A stretch of DNA of 64,000 nucleotides from Mustelus asterias (taxonomy: Eukaryota). Under the pieces are notes generated by a model that was given only the letters and a program-made list of their open reading frames with translations, was not told the origin of the DNA and did no database searches. The stretch covers positions 32,798,001 through 32,862,000 of the forward strand of contig NC_135808.1 of assembly GCF_964213995.1 (NCBI RefSeq), read 5' to 3'. This document shows, piece after piece, positions 42,201 through 57,694 of the stretch. Within the stretch, counting starts at the first letter, position 1. Each line of letters starts with the position of its first letter. Position numbers and translations under genes: made by a program.

Positions 42201-45200
42201 TCCCTTCCCTACAGCACACCGTCCTGTAACTCAATAACAGACTGTCCACTCTCCCTTCCCTACAGCACACCGTCCTGTAACTGAATAACACACTGTCCAC
42301 ACTCCCTTCCCTACAGCACACCGTCCTGTAACTGAATAACACACTGTCCACACTCCCTTCGCTACAGCAAACCGTCCTGTAACTGCATAACACACTGTCC
42401 ACACTCCCTTCCCGACAGAACACCGTCCTGTAACGGAATAACACACTGTCCACACTCCCTTCCCTACAGCACAACGTCCTGTAACTGAATAACACACTGT
42501 CCACACTCCCTTCCCTACAGCAAACCGTCCTGTTACTGAATAACACACTGTCCACACTCCCTTCCCTACAGCAAACCGTCCTGTAACTGAATAACACACT
42601 GTCCACACTCCCTTCCCTACAGAACACCGTGCTGTAACTGTACACACTGTCCACACTCTCTTCCCTTCAGCACACTGTCCTGTAACTGAATAACACACTG
42701 TCCACACTCCCTTCCCTACATCAAACTGTCCTGACACTGAACACACTGTCCACACACCCTTCCCTTCAGAACAACGTCCTGTAACTGAATAACAGACTGT
42801 CCACTCTCCCTTCCCTACAGCACACCGTCCTGTAACTGAATAACACACTGTCCACACTCCCTTCCCTACAGAACACCGTCCTGTAACTGAATAACACACT
42901 GTCCACACTCCCTTCCCTACAGAACACCGTCCTGTAACTGAAAAACACATTGTCCACAATCCCTTCCCCACAGAACACCGTCTTGTAACTGAATAACACA
43001 CTGTCCACACTCCCTTCCCTCCAGAACACCGTCCTGTAACTGAATAACACACTGTCCACACTCCCTTCCCTACAGAATACCGTCCTTTAACTGAACACAC
43101 TGTCCACACTCCCTTCCCTACAGCACACTGTCCTGTAACTGAATAACACATTGTCCACAAACACTTCCCGACAGAACACCGTCCTGTAACTCAATAACAC
43201 ACTGTCCACACTCCCTTCCCGACACAACACCGTCCTGTAACTGAACACACTGTCCACACTCCCTTCCCTACAGCAAACTGTCCTGTAACTGAACACACTG
43301 TCCACACACCCTTCCCTGCAGAACTCCGTCCTGAAACTGAATAACAGACTGTCCACTCTCCCTTCCCGACAGCACACCGTCCTGTAACTGAATAACACAC
43401 TGTCCACACTCCCTTCCCGACAGCACACCGTCCTGTAACTGAATAACACACTGTCCACACTCCCTTCGCTACAGCAAACCGTCCTGTAACTGAATAACAC
43501 ACTGTCCACACTCCCTTCCCTACAGCAAACCGTCCTGTAACTGAATAACACACTGTCCACACTCCCTTCCCTACAGAACACCGTCCTGTAACTGAATAAC
43601 ACACTGTCCACACTCCCTTCCCTACAGAACACCATCCTGTAACTGAATAACACACTGTCCACAGTCCCTTCCCTACAGAACACCGTCCTGTAACTGAATA
43701 ACACACTGTCCACACTCCCTTCCCTACAGAACATCGTCCTGTAACTGAATAACACACTGTCCACACGCCCTTCCCTACAGCACACCGTCCTGCAACTGAA
43801 TAACACACTGTCCACACTCCCTTCCCGACAGCACACTGTCCTGTAACTGAATAACACACTGTCCACACTCACTTCCCTACAGCACACCGTCCTGTAACTG
43901 AATAACACACTGTCCACACTCCCTTCCCTACAGCACACTGTCCTGTAACTGAATAACACATTGTCCACACTCACTTCCCTACAGAACACCGTCCTGTAAC
44001 TGAATAACACACTGTCCACACTCCCTTCCCTACAGAACACCGTCCTGTAACTGAACACACTGTCCACACTCTCTTCCCTACAGCACACTGTCCTGTAACT
44101 GAATAACACACTGTCCACACTCCCTTTCCTACAGCAAACTGTCCTGTAACTGAACACACTGTCCACACTCTCTTCCCTACAGCACACTGTCCTGTAACTG
44201 AATAACACACTGTCCACACTCCCTTTCCTACAGCAAACTGTCCTGTAACTGAACACACTGTCCACACACCCTTCCCGACAGAACACCGTCCTGTAACTGA
44301 ATAACAGACTGTCCACTCTCCCTTCCCTACAGCACACCGTCCTGTAACTGAATAACACACTGTCCACACTCCCTTCCCTACAGCACAACGTTCTGTAACT
44401 GAATAACACACTGTCCACACTTCCTTCCCTACAGCAAACCGTCCTGTAACTGAATAACACACTGTCCACACTCCCTTCCCTACAGCAAACCGTCCTGTAA
44501 CTGAATAACACACTTTCCACACTCCCTTCCCTACAGCACACCGTCCTGTAACTGAATAACACACTGTCCACACTCCCTTCCCTACAGAACACCGTCCTGT
44601 AACTGAATAACACACTGTCCACACTCCCTACCCTACAGAACACCGTCCTGTAACTGAATAACACACTGTCCACACTCCCTTCCCTACAGAACACCGTCTT
44701 GTAACTGAATAACACACTGTCCACACTCCCTTCCCTCCAGAACACCGTCCTGTAACTGAATAACACACTGTCCACACTCCCTTCCCGACAGAACACCGTC
44801 CTGTAACTGAATAACAGACTGCCCACACTCCCTTCCCTACAGCAAACCGTCCTGTAACTGAATAACACACTGTCCACACTCCCTTCCCTACAGAACATGG
44901 TCCTGTAACTGAATAACACACTGTCCACACTCCCTTCCCTACAGACCACCGTCCTGTAACTGAACACACTGTCCACACTCCCTTCCCTACAGCACACTGT
45001 CCTGTAACTGAATAAAACATTGTCCACACTCCCTTCCCTGCAGCACACCGTCCTGTAACTGAATAACACATTGTCCACAAACACTTCCCGACAGAACACC
45101 GTCCTGTAACTCAATAACAGACTGTCCACACTCCCTTCCCTACACAACACCGTCCTGTAACTGAACACACTGTCCACACTCTCTTCCCTACAGCACACTG

Positions 45201-48200
45201 TCCTGTAACTGAATAACACACTGTCCACACTCCCTTTCCTACAGCAAACTGTCCTGTAACTGAACACACTGTCCACACACCCTTCCCTACAGAACACCGT
45301 CCTGAAACTGAATAACAGACTGTCCACTCTCCCTTCCCTACAGCACACCGTCCTGTAACTGAATAACACACTGTCCACACTCCCTTCCCGACAGCACACC
45401 GTCCTGTAACTGAATAACACACTGTCCACACTCCCTTCCCTACAGAACACCGTCCTGTAACGGAATAACACACTGTCCACACTCCCTTCCTTACAGAACA
45501 CCGTCCTGTAACGGAATAACACACTGTCCACACTCCCTTCCCAACAGCACAACGTCCTGTAACTGAATAACATACTGTCCACACTGCCTTCCCGACAGCA
45601 CACCGTCCTGTAACTGAATAACACGCTGTCCACACTCCCTTCCCGACAGAACATCGTCCTGTAACTGAATAACACACTGTCCACACGCCCTTCCCTACAG
45701 CACACCGTCCTGCAACTGAATAACACACTGTCCACACTCCCTTCCCGACAGCACACTGTCCTGTAACTGAATAACACACTGTCCACACTCACTTCCCTAC
45801 AGCACACCGTCCTGTAACTGAATAACACACTGTCCACACTCCCTTCCCTACAGCACACTGTCCTGTAACTGAATAACACATTGTCCACACTCACTTCCCT
45901 ACAGAACACCGTCCTGTAACTGAATAACACACTGTCCACACTCCCTTCCCTACAGAACACCGTCCTGTAACTGAACACACTGTCCACACTCTCTTCCCTA
46001 CAGCACACTGTCCTGTAACTGAATAACACACTGTCCACACTCCCTTTCCTACAGCAAACTGTCCTGTAACTGAACACACTGTCCACACACCCTTCCCGAC
46101 AGAACACCGTCCTGTAACTGAATAACAGACTGTCCACTCTCCCTTCCCTACAGCACACCGTCCTGTAACTGAATAACACACTGTCCACACTCCCTTCCCT
46201 ACAGCACAACGTTCTGTAACTGAATAACACACTGTCCACACTTCCTTCCCTACAGCAAACCGTCCTGTAACTGAATAACACACTGTCCACACTCCCTTCC
46301 CTACAGCAAACCGTCCTGTAACTGAATAACACACTTTCCACACTCCCTTCCCTACAGCACACCGTCCTGTAACTGAATAACACACTGTCCACACTCCCTT
46401 CCCTCCAGAACACCGTCCTGTAACTGAATAACACACTGTCCACACTCCCTACCCTACAGAACACCGTCCTGTAACTGAATAACACACTGTCCACACTCCC
46501 TTCCCTACAGAACACCGTCTTGTAACTGAATAACACACTGTCCACACTCCCTTCCCTCCAGAACACCGTCCTGTAACTGAATAACACACTGTCCACACTC
46601 CCTTCCCTACAGAACACCGTCCTGTAACTGAATAACACACTGTCCACACTCCCTTCCCTACAGAACACCGTCCTGTACCTGAATAACACACTGTCCACAC
46701 TCCCTTCCCGACAGAACACCGTCCTGTAACTGAATAACAGACTGCCCACACTCCCTTCCCTACAGCAAACCGTCCTGTAACTGAATAACACACTGTCCAC
46801 ACTCCCTTCCCTACAGAACATGGTCCTGTAACTGAATAACACACTGTCCACACTCCCTTCCCTACAGACCACCGTCCTGTAACTGAACACACTGTCCACA
46901 CTCCCTTCCCTACAGCACACTGTCCTGTAACTGAATAAAACATTGTCCACACTCCCTTCCCTGCAGCACACCGTCCTGTAACTGAATAACACATTGTCCA
47001 CAAACACTTCCCGACAGAACACCGTCCTGTAACTCAATAACAGACTGTCCACACTCCCTTCCCTACACAACACCGTCCTGTAACTGAACACACTGTCCAC
47101 ACTCTCTTCCCTACAGCACACTGTCCTGTAACTGAATAACACACTGTCCACACTCCCTTTCCTACAGCAAACTGTCCTGTAACTGAACACACTGTCCACA
47201 CACCCTTCCCTACAGAACACCGTCCTGAAACTGAATAACAGACTGTCCACTCTCCCTTCCCTACAGCACACCGTCCTGTAACTGAATAACACACTGTCCA
47301 CACTCCCTTCCCGACAGCACACCGTCCTGTAACTGAATAACACACTGTCCACACTCCCTTCCCTACAGAACACCCTGTAACGGAATAACACACTGTCCAC
47401 ACTCCCTTCCTTACAGAACACCGTCCTGTAACGGAATAACACACTGTCCACACTCCCTTCCCAACAGCACAACGTCCTGTAACTGAATAACATACTGTCC
47501 ACACTGCCTTCCCGACAGCACACCGTCCTGTAACTGAATAACACACTGTCCACACTCCCTTCGCTACAGCAAACAGTCCTGTCACTGAATAACACACTGT
47601 CCACACTCCCTTCCCTCCAGCAAACCGTCCTGTAACTGAATAACACACTGTCCACACTCCCTTCCCTACAGAACACCGTCCTGTAACTGAATAACACACT
47701 GTCCACACTCCCTTCCCTACAGAACACCGTCCTGTACCTGAATAACACACTGTCCACACTCCCTTCCCGACAGAACACCGTCCTGTAACTGAATAACAGA
47801 CTGCCCACACTCCCTTCCCTACAGCAAACCGTCCTGTAACTGAATAACACACTGTCCACACTCACTTCCCTACAGCACACCGTCCTGTAACTGAATAACA
47901 TACTGTCCACACTGCCTTCCCGACAGCACACCGTCCTGTAACTGAATAACACACTGTCCACACTCCCTTCCCTACAGCACACCGTCCTGTAACTGAATAA
48001 CACACTGTCCACACTCCCTTCCCTACAGCAAACCGTCCTGTAACTGAATAACACACTGTCCACACTCCCTTCCCTACAGCAAACCGTCCTATAACTGAAT
48101 AAGACACTGTCCACACTCCCTTCCCTACAGCACACCGTCCTGTAACTGAATAACACACTGTCCACACTCCCTTCCCTACAGAACACCGTCCTGTAACTGA

Positions 48201-51200
48201 ATAACACACTGTCCACACTCCCTTCCCTACAGAACACCGTCCTGTAACTGAATAACACACTGTCCACACTCCCTTCCCTACAGAACACCATCTTGTAACT
48301 GAATAACACACTGTCCACTCTCCCTTCCCTCCAGAACACCGTCCTGTAACTGAATAACACACTGTCCACACTCCCTTCCCTACAGAACACCGTCCTGTAA
48401 CTGAATAACACACTGTCCACACTTCCTTCTCTACAGCAAACCGTCCAGTAACTGAATAACAGACTGTCCACACTCCTTTCCCTTCAGCACACTGTCCTGT
48501 AACTGAATAACACACTGCCCACACTCACTTCCATACAGACCACCGTCCTGTAACTGAACACACTGTCCACACTCCCTTCCCTACAGCACACTGTCCTGTA
48601 ACTGAATAACACATTGTCCACACTCACTTCCCTACAGAACACCGTCCTGGAACTGAATAACACACTGTCCACACTCCCTTCCCTACAGAACACCGTCCTG
48701 TAACTGTACACACTGTCCACACTCTCTTCCCTACAGCACACTGTCCTGTAACTGAATAACACACTGTCCACACTCCCTTCCCTACAGCAAACTGTCCTGT
48801 AACTGAACACACTGTCCACACACCCTTCCCTACAGAACACCGTCCTGTAACTGAATAACAGACTGTCCACTCTCCCTTCCCTACAGCACACCGTCCTGTA
48901 ACTGAATAACACACTGTCCACACTCCCTTCCCTACAGCACACCGTCCTGTAACTGAATAACAGACTGTCCACTCTCCCTTCCCTACAGCACACCGTCCTG
49001 TAACTGAATAACACACTGTCCACACTCCCTTCCCTACAGCAAACCGTCCTGTAACTGAATAAGACACTGTCCACACTCCCTTCCCTACAGCACACCGTCC
49101 TGTAACTGAATAACACACTGTCCACACTCCCTTCCCTACAGAACACCGTCCTGTAACTGAATAACACACTGTCCACACTCCCTTCCCTACAGAACACCGT
49201 CCTGTAACTGAATAACACACTGTCCACACTCCCTTCCCTACAGAACACCATCTTGTAACTGAATAACACACTGTCCACACTCCCTTCCCTCCAGAACACC
49301 GTCCTGTAACTGAATAACACACTGTCCACACTCCCTTCCCTACAGAACACCGTCCTGTAACTGAATAACACACTGTCCACACTTCCTTCTCTACAGCAAA
49401 CCGTCCAGTAACTGAATAACAGACTGTCCACACTCCTTTCCCTTCAGCACACTGTCCTGTAACTGAATAACACACTGCCCACACTCACTTCCATACAGAC
49501 CACCGTCCTGTAACTGAACACACTGTCCACACTCCCTTCCCTACAGCACACTGTCCTGTAACTGAATAACACATTGTCCACACTCACTTCCCTACAGAAC
49601 ACCGTCCTGGAACTGAATAACACACTGTCCACACTCCCTTCCCTACAGAACACCGTCCTGTAACTGTACACACTGTCCACACTCTCTTCCCTACAGCACA
49701 CTGTCCTGTAACTGAATAACACACTGTCCACACTCCCTTCCCTACAGCAAACTGTCCTGTAACTGAACACACTGTCCACACACCCTTCCCTACAGAACAC
49801 CGTCCTGTAACTGAATAACAGACTGTCCACTCTCCCTTCCCTACAGCACACCGTCCTGTAACTGAATAACACACTGTCCACACTCCCTTCCCTACAGCAC
49901 ACCGTCCTGTAACTGAATAACAGACTGTCCACTCTCCCTTCCCTACAGCACACCGTCCTGTAACTGAATAACACACTGTCCACACTCCCTTCCCTACAGC
50001 ACACCGTCCTGTAACTGAATAACACACTGTCCACACTCCCTTCGCTACAGCAAACCGTCCTGTAACTGAATAACACACTGTCCACACTCCCTTCCCGACA
50101 GAACACCGTCCTGTAACGGAATAACACACTGTCCACACTCCCTTCCCTACAGCACAACGTCCTGTAACTGAATAACACACTGTCCACACTCCCTTCCCTA
50201 CAGCAAACCGTCCCGTAACTGAATAACACACTGTCCACACTCCCTTCCCTACAGAACACCGTCCTGTAACTGTACACACTGTCCACACTCTCTTCCCTTC
50301 AGCACACTGTCCTGTAACTGAATAACACACTGTCCACACTCCCTTCCCTACAGCAAACTGTCCTGTAACTGAACACACTGTCCACACACCCTTCCCAAAA
50401 GAACAACGTCCTGTAACTGAATAACAGCCTGTCCACTCTCCCTTCCCTACAGCACACCGTCCTGTAACTGAATAACACACTGTCCACACTCCCTTCCCTA
50501 CAGCACAACGTCCTGTAACTGAATAACACACTGTCCACACTCCCTTCCCTACAGCAAACCGTCCTGTAACTGAATAACACACTGTCCACACTCCCTTCCC
50601 TCCAGCAAACCGTCCTGTAACTGAATAACACACTGTCCACACTCCCTTCCCTACAGCACACCGTCCTGTAACTGAATAACACACTGTCCACACTCCCTTC
50701 CCTACAGAACACCGTCCTGTAACTGAATAACACACTGTCCACACTCCCTTCCCTACAGAACACCGTCCTGTAACTGAAAAACACATTGTCCACAATCCCT
50801 TCCACACAGAACACCGTCTTGTAACTGAATAACACACTGTCCACACTCCCTTCCCTCCAGAACACCGTCCTGTAACTGAATAACACACTGTCCACACTCC
50901 CTTCCCTACAGAACACCGTCCTGTAACTGAACACACTGTCCACACTCCCTTCCCTACAGCACACTGTCCTGTAACTGAATAACACATTGTCCACAAACAC
51001 TTCCCGACAGAACACCGTCCTGTAACCCAATAACACACTGTCCACACTCCCTTCCCGACACAACACCGTCCTGTAACTGAACACACTGTCCACACTCCCT
51101 TCCCTACAGCAAACTGTCCTGTAACTGAACACACTGTCCACACACCCTTCCCTGCAGAACACCGTCCTGTAACTGAATAACACACTGTCCACACTCCCTT

Positions 51201-54200
51201 CGCTACAGCAAACCGTCCTGTAACTGAATAACACACTGTCCACACTCCCTTCCCTACAGAACACCGTCCTGTAACGGAAAAACACACTGTCCACACTCCC
51301 TTCCCAACAGCACAACGTCCTGTAACTGAATAACAGACTGTCCACTCTCCCTTCCCGACAGCACACCGTCCTGTAACTGAATAACACACTGTCCACACTC
51401 CCTTCCCGACAGCACACCGTCCTGTAACTGAATAACACACTGTCCACACTCCCTTCGCTACAGGAAACCGTCCTGTAACTGAATAACACACTGTCCACAC
51501 TCCCTTCCCTACAGAACACCGTCCTGCAACGGAAAAACACACTGTCCACACTCCCTTCCCAACAGCACAACGTCCTGTAACTGAATAACATACTGTCCAC
51601 ACTCCCTTCCCGACAGCAAACCGTCCTGTAACTGAATAACACACTGTCCACACTCCCTTCCCTACAGCAAACCGTCCTGTAACTGAATAACACACTGTCC
51701 ACACTCCCTTCCCTACAGCATACCGTCCTGTAACTGAATAACACACTGTCCACACTCCCTTCCCTACAGAACACCGTACTGTAACTGAATAACACACTGT
51801 CTACACTCCCTTCCCGACAGAACACCGTCCTGTAACTGAATAACACACTGTCCACACTCCCTTCCCTACAGAACACCGTTCTGTAACTGAATAACACACT
51901 GTCCACACTCCCTTCCCTACAGAACACCGTCTTGTAACTGAATAACACACTGTCCACACTCCCTTCCCTACAGCACACTGTCCTGTAACTGAATAACACA
52001 TTGTCCACACTTCCTTCCCTACAGCAAACCGTCCAGTAACTGAAAAACAGACTGTCCACACTCCCTTCCCTACAGCACACTGTCCTGTAAGTGAATAACA
52101 CACTGCCCACACTCACTTCCCTACAGACCACCGTCCTGTAACTGAACACACTGTCCACACTCCCTTCCCTACAGCACACTGTCCTGTAACTGAATAACAC
52201 ACTGTCCACACTCCCTTCCCTACAGAACAACGTCCTGTAACTGAATAACACACTGTCCACACTCCCTTCCCTACAGAACAACGTCCTGTAACTGAACACA
52301 CTGTCCACACTCTCTTCCCTACAGCACACTGTCCTGTAACTGAATAACACACTGTCCACACTCCCTTCCCTCCAGCAAACTGTCCTGTAACTGAACACAC
52401 TGTCCAATCACCCTTCCCTACAGCACACTGTCCTGTAACTGAATAACACACTGTCCACACTCCCTTCCCGACAGCACAACGTCCTGTAACTGAATAACAC
52501 ACTGTCCACACTCCCTTCCCTACAGCAAACCGTCCTGTACCTGAATAACACACTGTCCACACTCCCTTCCCTACAGCAAACCGTCCTGTAACTGAATAAC
52601 ACACTGTCCACACTCCCTTCCCTACAGCACAACGTCCTGTACCTGAATAACACACTGTCCACACTCCCTTCCCTACAGAACACCGTCCTGTAACTGAATA
52701 ACACACTGTCCACACTCCCTTCCCTACAGAACACCGTCCTGTAACTGAATAACACACTGTCCACACTCCCTTCCCTACAGAACACCATCTTGTAACTGAA
52801 TAACACACTGTCCACACTCCCTTCCCTCCAGAACACAGTCCTGTAACTGAATAACACACTGTCCACACTCCCTTCCCTACAGCACACTGTCCTGTAACTG
52901 AATACCACATTGTCCACACTCCCTTCCATACAGCAAACCGTCCTGTAACTGAATAACAGACTGTCCACACTCCCTTCCCTACAGCACACTGTCCTGTAAC
53001 TGAATAACACACTGTCCACACTCCCTTCCCTACAGACCACCGTCCTGTAACTGAACACAATGTCCACACTCCCTTCCCTACAGCGCACTGTCCTGTAACT
53101 GAATAACACATTGTCCACAAACACTTCCCTACAGAACACCGTCCTGTAACTGAATAACACACTGTCCACACTCCCTTCGCTACAGCAAACCGTCCTGTAA
53201 CTGAATAACACACTGTCCACACTCCCTTCCCTACAGCAAACCGTCCTGTAACTGAATAACCCACTGTCCACACTCCCTTCCCTACAGAACACCGTCCTGT
53301 AACTGAATAACACACTGTCCACACTCCCTTCCCTACAGAACACCGTCCTGTAACTGAATAACACACTGTCCACACTCCCTTCCCTACAGAACACCGTCCT
53401 GTAACTGAATAACACACTGCCCACACTCCCTTCCCTACAGAACACCGTCCTGTAACTGAATAACACACTGTCCACACTCCCTTCCTACAGAACACCGTCC
53501 TGTAACTGAATAACACACTGTCCACATACCCTTCCCTACAGAACACCGTCTTGTAACTGAATAACATACTGTCCACACTCCCTTCCCTACAGCAAACCGT
53601 CCTGTAACTGAATAACACACTGTCCACACTCCCTTCCCTACAGAACACCGTCCTGTAACTGTACACACTGTCCACACTCTCTTCCCTACAGCACACTGTC
53701 CTGTAACTCAATAACACACTGTCCACACTCCCTTCCCTACAGCAAACTGTCCTGTAACTGAACACACTGTCCACACACCCTTCTCTACAGAACACAGTCC
53801 TGTAACTGAATAGCAGACTGTCCACTCTCCCTTCCCTACAGCACACCGTCCTGTAACTGAATAACACACTGTCCACACTCCCTTCCCTACAGCACAACGT
53901 CCTGTAACTGAATAACACACTGTCCACACTCCCTTCCCTACAGCAAACCGTCCTGTAACTGAATAACACACTGTCCACACTCCCTTCCCTACAGAACACC
54001 GTACTGTAACTGAATAACACACTGTCTACACTCCCTTCCCGACAGAACACCGTCCTGTAACTGAATAACACACTGTCCACACTCCCTTCCCTACAGAACA
54101 CCGTTCTGTAACTGAATAACACACTGTCCACACTCCCTTCCCTACAGAACACCGTCTTGTAACTGAATAACACACTGTCCACACTCCCTTCCCTACAGCA

Positions 54201-57200
54201 CACTGTCCTGTAACTGAATAACACATTGTCCACACTTCCTTCCCTACAGCAAACCGTCCAGTAACTGAAAAACAGACTGTCCACACTCCCTTCCCTACAG
54301 CACACTGTCCTGTAAGTGAATAACACACTGCCCACACTCACTTCCCTACAGACCACCGTCCTGTAACTGAACACACTGTCCACACTCCCTTCCCTACAGC
54401 ACACTGTCCTGTAACTGAATAACACACTGTCCACACTCCCTTCCCTACAGAACAACGTCCTGTAACTGAATAACACACTGTCCACACTCCCTTCCCTACA
54501 GAACAACGTCCTGTAACTGAACACACTGTCCACACTCTCTTCCCTACAGCACACTGTCCTGTAACTGAATAACACACTGTCCACACTCCCTTCCCTCCAG
54601 CAAACTGTCCTGTAACTGAACACACTGTCCAATCACCCTTCCCTACAGCACACTGTCCTGTAACTGAATAACACACTGTCCACACTCCCTTCCCGACAGC
54701 ACAACGTCCTGTAACTGAATAACACACTGTCCACACTCCCTTCCCTACAGCAAACCGTCCTGTACCTGAATAACACACTGTCCACACTCCCTTCCCTACA
54801 GCAAACCGTCCTGTAACTGAATAACACACTGTCCACACTCCCTTCCCTACAGCACAACGTCCTGTACCTGAATAACACACTGTCCACACTCCCTTCCCTA
54901 CAGAACACCGTCCTGTAACTGAATAACACACTGTCCACACTCCCTTCCCTACAGAACACCGTCCTGTAACTGAATAACACACTGTCCACACTCCCTTCCC
55001 TACAGAACACCATCTTGTAACTGAATAACACACTGTCCACACACCCTTCCCTCCAGAACACAGTCCTGTAACTGAATAACACACTGTCCACACTCCCTTC
55101 CCTACAGCACACTGTCCTGTAACTGAATACCACATTGTCCACAATCCCTTCCATACAGCAAACCGTCCTGTAACTGAATAACAGACTGTCCACACTCCCT
55201 TCCCTACAGCACACTGTCCTGTAACTGAATAACACACTGTCCACACTCCCTTCCCTACAGACCACCGTCCTGTAACTGAACACACTGTCCACACTCCCTT
55301 CCCTAAAGCGCACTGTCCTGTAACTGAATAACACATTGTCCACAAACACTTCCCTACAGAACACCGTCCTGTAACTGAATAACACACTGTCCACACTCCC
55401 TTCGCTACAGCAAACCGTCCTGTAACTGAATAACACACTGTCCACACTCCCTTCCCTACAGCAAACCGTCCTGTAACTGAATAACCCACTGTCCACACTC
55501 CCTTCCCTACAGAACACCGTCCTGTAACTGAATAACACACTGTCCACACTCCCTTCCCTACAGAACACCGTCCTGTAACTGAATAACACACTGTCCACAC
55601 TCCCTTCCCTACAGAACACCGTCCTGTAACTGAATAACACACTGCCCACACTCCCTTCCCTACAGAACACCTTCCTGTAACTGAATAACACACTGTCCAC
55701 ACTCCCTTCCTACAGAACACCGTCCTGTAACTGAATAACACACTGTCCACATACCCTTCCCTACAGAACACCGTCTTGTAACTGAATAACATACTGTCCA
55801 CACTCCCTTCCCTACAGCAAACCGTCCTGTAACTGAATAACACACTGTCCACACTCCCTTCCCTACAGAACACCGTCCTGTAACTGTACACACTGTCCAC
55901 ACTCTCTTCCCTACAGCACACTGTCCTGTAACTCAATAACACACTGTCCACACTCCCTTCCCTACAGCAAACTGTCCTGTAACTGAACACACTGTCCACA
56001 CACCCTTCTCTACAGAACACAGTCCTGTAACTGAATAGCAGACTGTCCACTCTCCCTTCCCTACAGCACACCGTCCTGTAACTGAATAACACACTGTCCA
56101 CACTCCCTTCCCTACAGCACAACGTCCTGTAACTGAATAACACACTGTCCACACTCCCTTCCCTACAGCAAACCGTCCTGTAACTGAATAACACACTGTC
56201 CACACTCCCATCCCTACAGCAAACCGTCCTGTAACTGAATAACACACTGTCCACACTCCCTTCCCTACAGCACACCGTCCTGTAACTGAATAACACACTG
56301 TCCACACTCCCTTCCCTACAGAACACCGTCCTGTAACTGAATAACACACTGTCCACACTCCCTTCCCTACAGAACACCGTCCTATAACTGAATAACACAT
56401 TGTCCACACTCCCTTCCGCACAGAACACCGTCTTGTAACTGAATAACACACTGTCCACACTCCCTTCCCTCCAGAACACCGTCCTGTAACTGAATAACAC
56501 ACTGTCCACACTCCCTTCCCTGCAGAACACCGTCCTGTAACTGAATAACACATTGTCCACAAACACTTCCCGACAGAACACCGTCCTGTAACTGAATAAC
56601 ACACTGTCCACACTCCCTTCCCTACACAACACCGTCCTGTAACTGAACACACTGTCCACACTCTCTTCCCTACAGCACACTGTCCTGTAACTGAATAACA
56701 CACTGTCCACACTCCCTTTCCTACAGCAAACTGTCCTGTAACTGAACACACTGTCCACACACCCTTCCCTACAGAACACCGTCCTGAAACTGAATAACAG
56801 ACTGTCCACTCTCCCTTCCCTACAGCACACCGTCCTGTAACTGAATAACACACTGTCCACACTCCCTTCCCGACAGCACACCGTCCTGTAACTGAATAAC
56901 ACACTGTCCACACTCCCTTCCCTACAGAACACCGTCCTGTAACGGAATAACACACTGTCCACACTCCCTTCGCTACAGCAAACAGTCCTGTCACTGAATA
57001 ACACACTGTCCACACTCCCTTCCCTCCAGCAAACCGTCCTGTAACTGAATAACACACTGTCCACACTCCCTTCCCTACAGAACACCGTCCTGTAACTGAA
57101 TAACACACTGTCCACACTCCCTTCCCTACAGAACACCGTCCTGTACCTGAATAACACACTGTCCACACTCCCTTCCCGACAGAACACCGTCCTGTAACTG

Positions 57201-57694
57201 AATAACAGACTGCCCACACTCCCTTCCCTACAGCAAACCGTCCTGTAACTGAATAACACACTGTCCACACTCCCTTCCCTCCAGAACATGGTCCTGTAAC
57301 TGAATAACACACTGTCCACACTCCCTTCCCTACAGACCACCGTCCTGTAACTGAACACACTGTCCACACTCCCTTCCCTACAGCACACTGTCCTGTAACT
57401 GAATAAAACATTGTCCACACTCCCTTCCCTGCAGCACACCGTCCTGTAACTGAACACACTGTCCACACTCCCTTCCCTACACAACACCGTCCTGTAACTG
57501 AACACACTGTCCACACTCTCTTCCCTACAGCACACTGTCCTGTAACTGAATAACACACTGTCCACACTCCCTTCCCTACAGCAAACTGCCCTGTAACTGA
57601 ACACACTGTCCACACTCCCTTCCCTACAGAACACCGTCCTGTAACTGAATAACAGACTGTCCACTCTCCCTTCCCTACAGCACACCGTCCTGTA
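3215..57694. repeat. Giant 51-bp tandem repeat array (minisatellite/satellite) with higher-order structure, left arm
   Basis: Uninterrupted head-to-tail units of CTGTAACTGAATAACACACTGTCCACACTCCCTTCCCTACAG(C/A)A(C/A)AC(C/T)GTC. A 48-bp variant (TAA deleted) is frequent; 47- and 50-bp variants are rare. About 54.5 kb. Confidence 0.99.
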
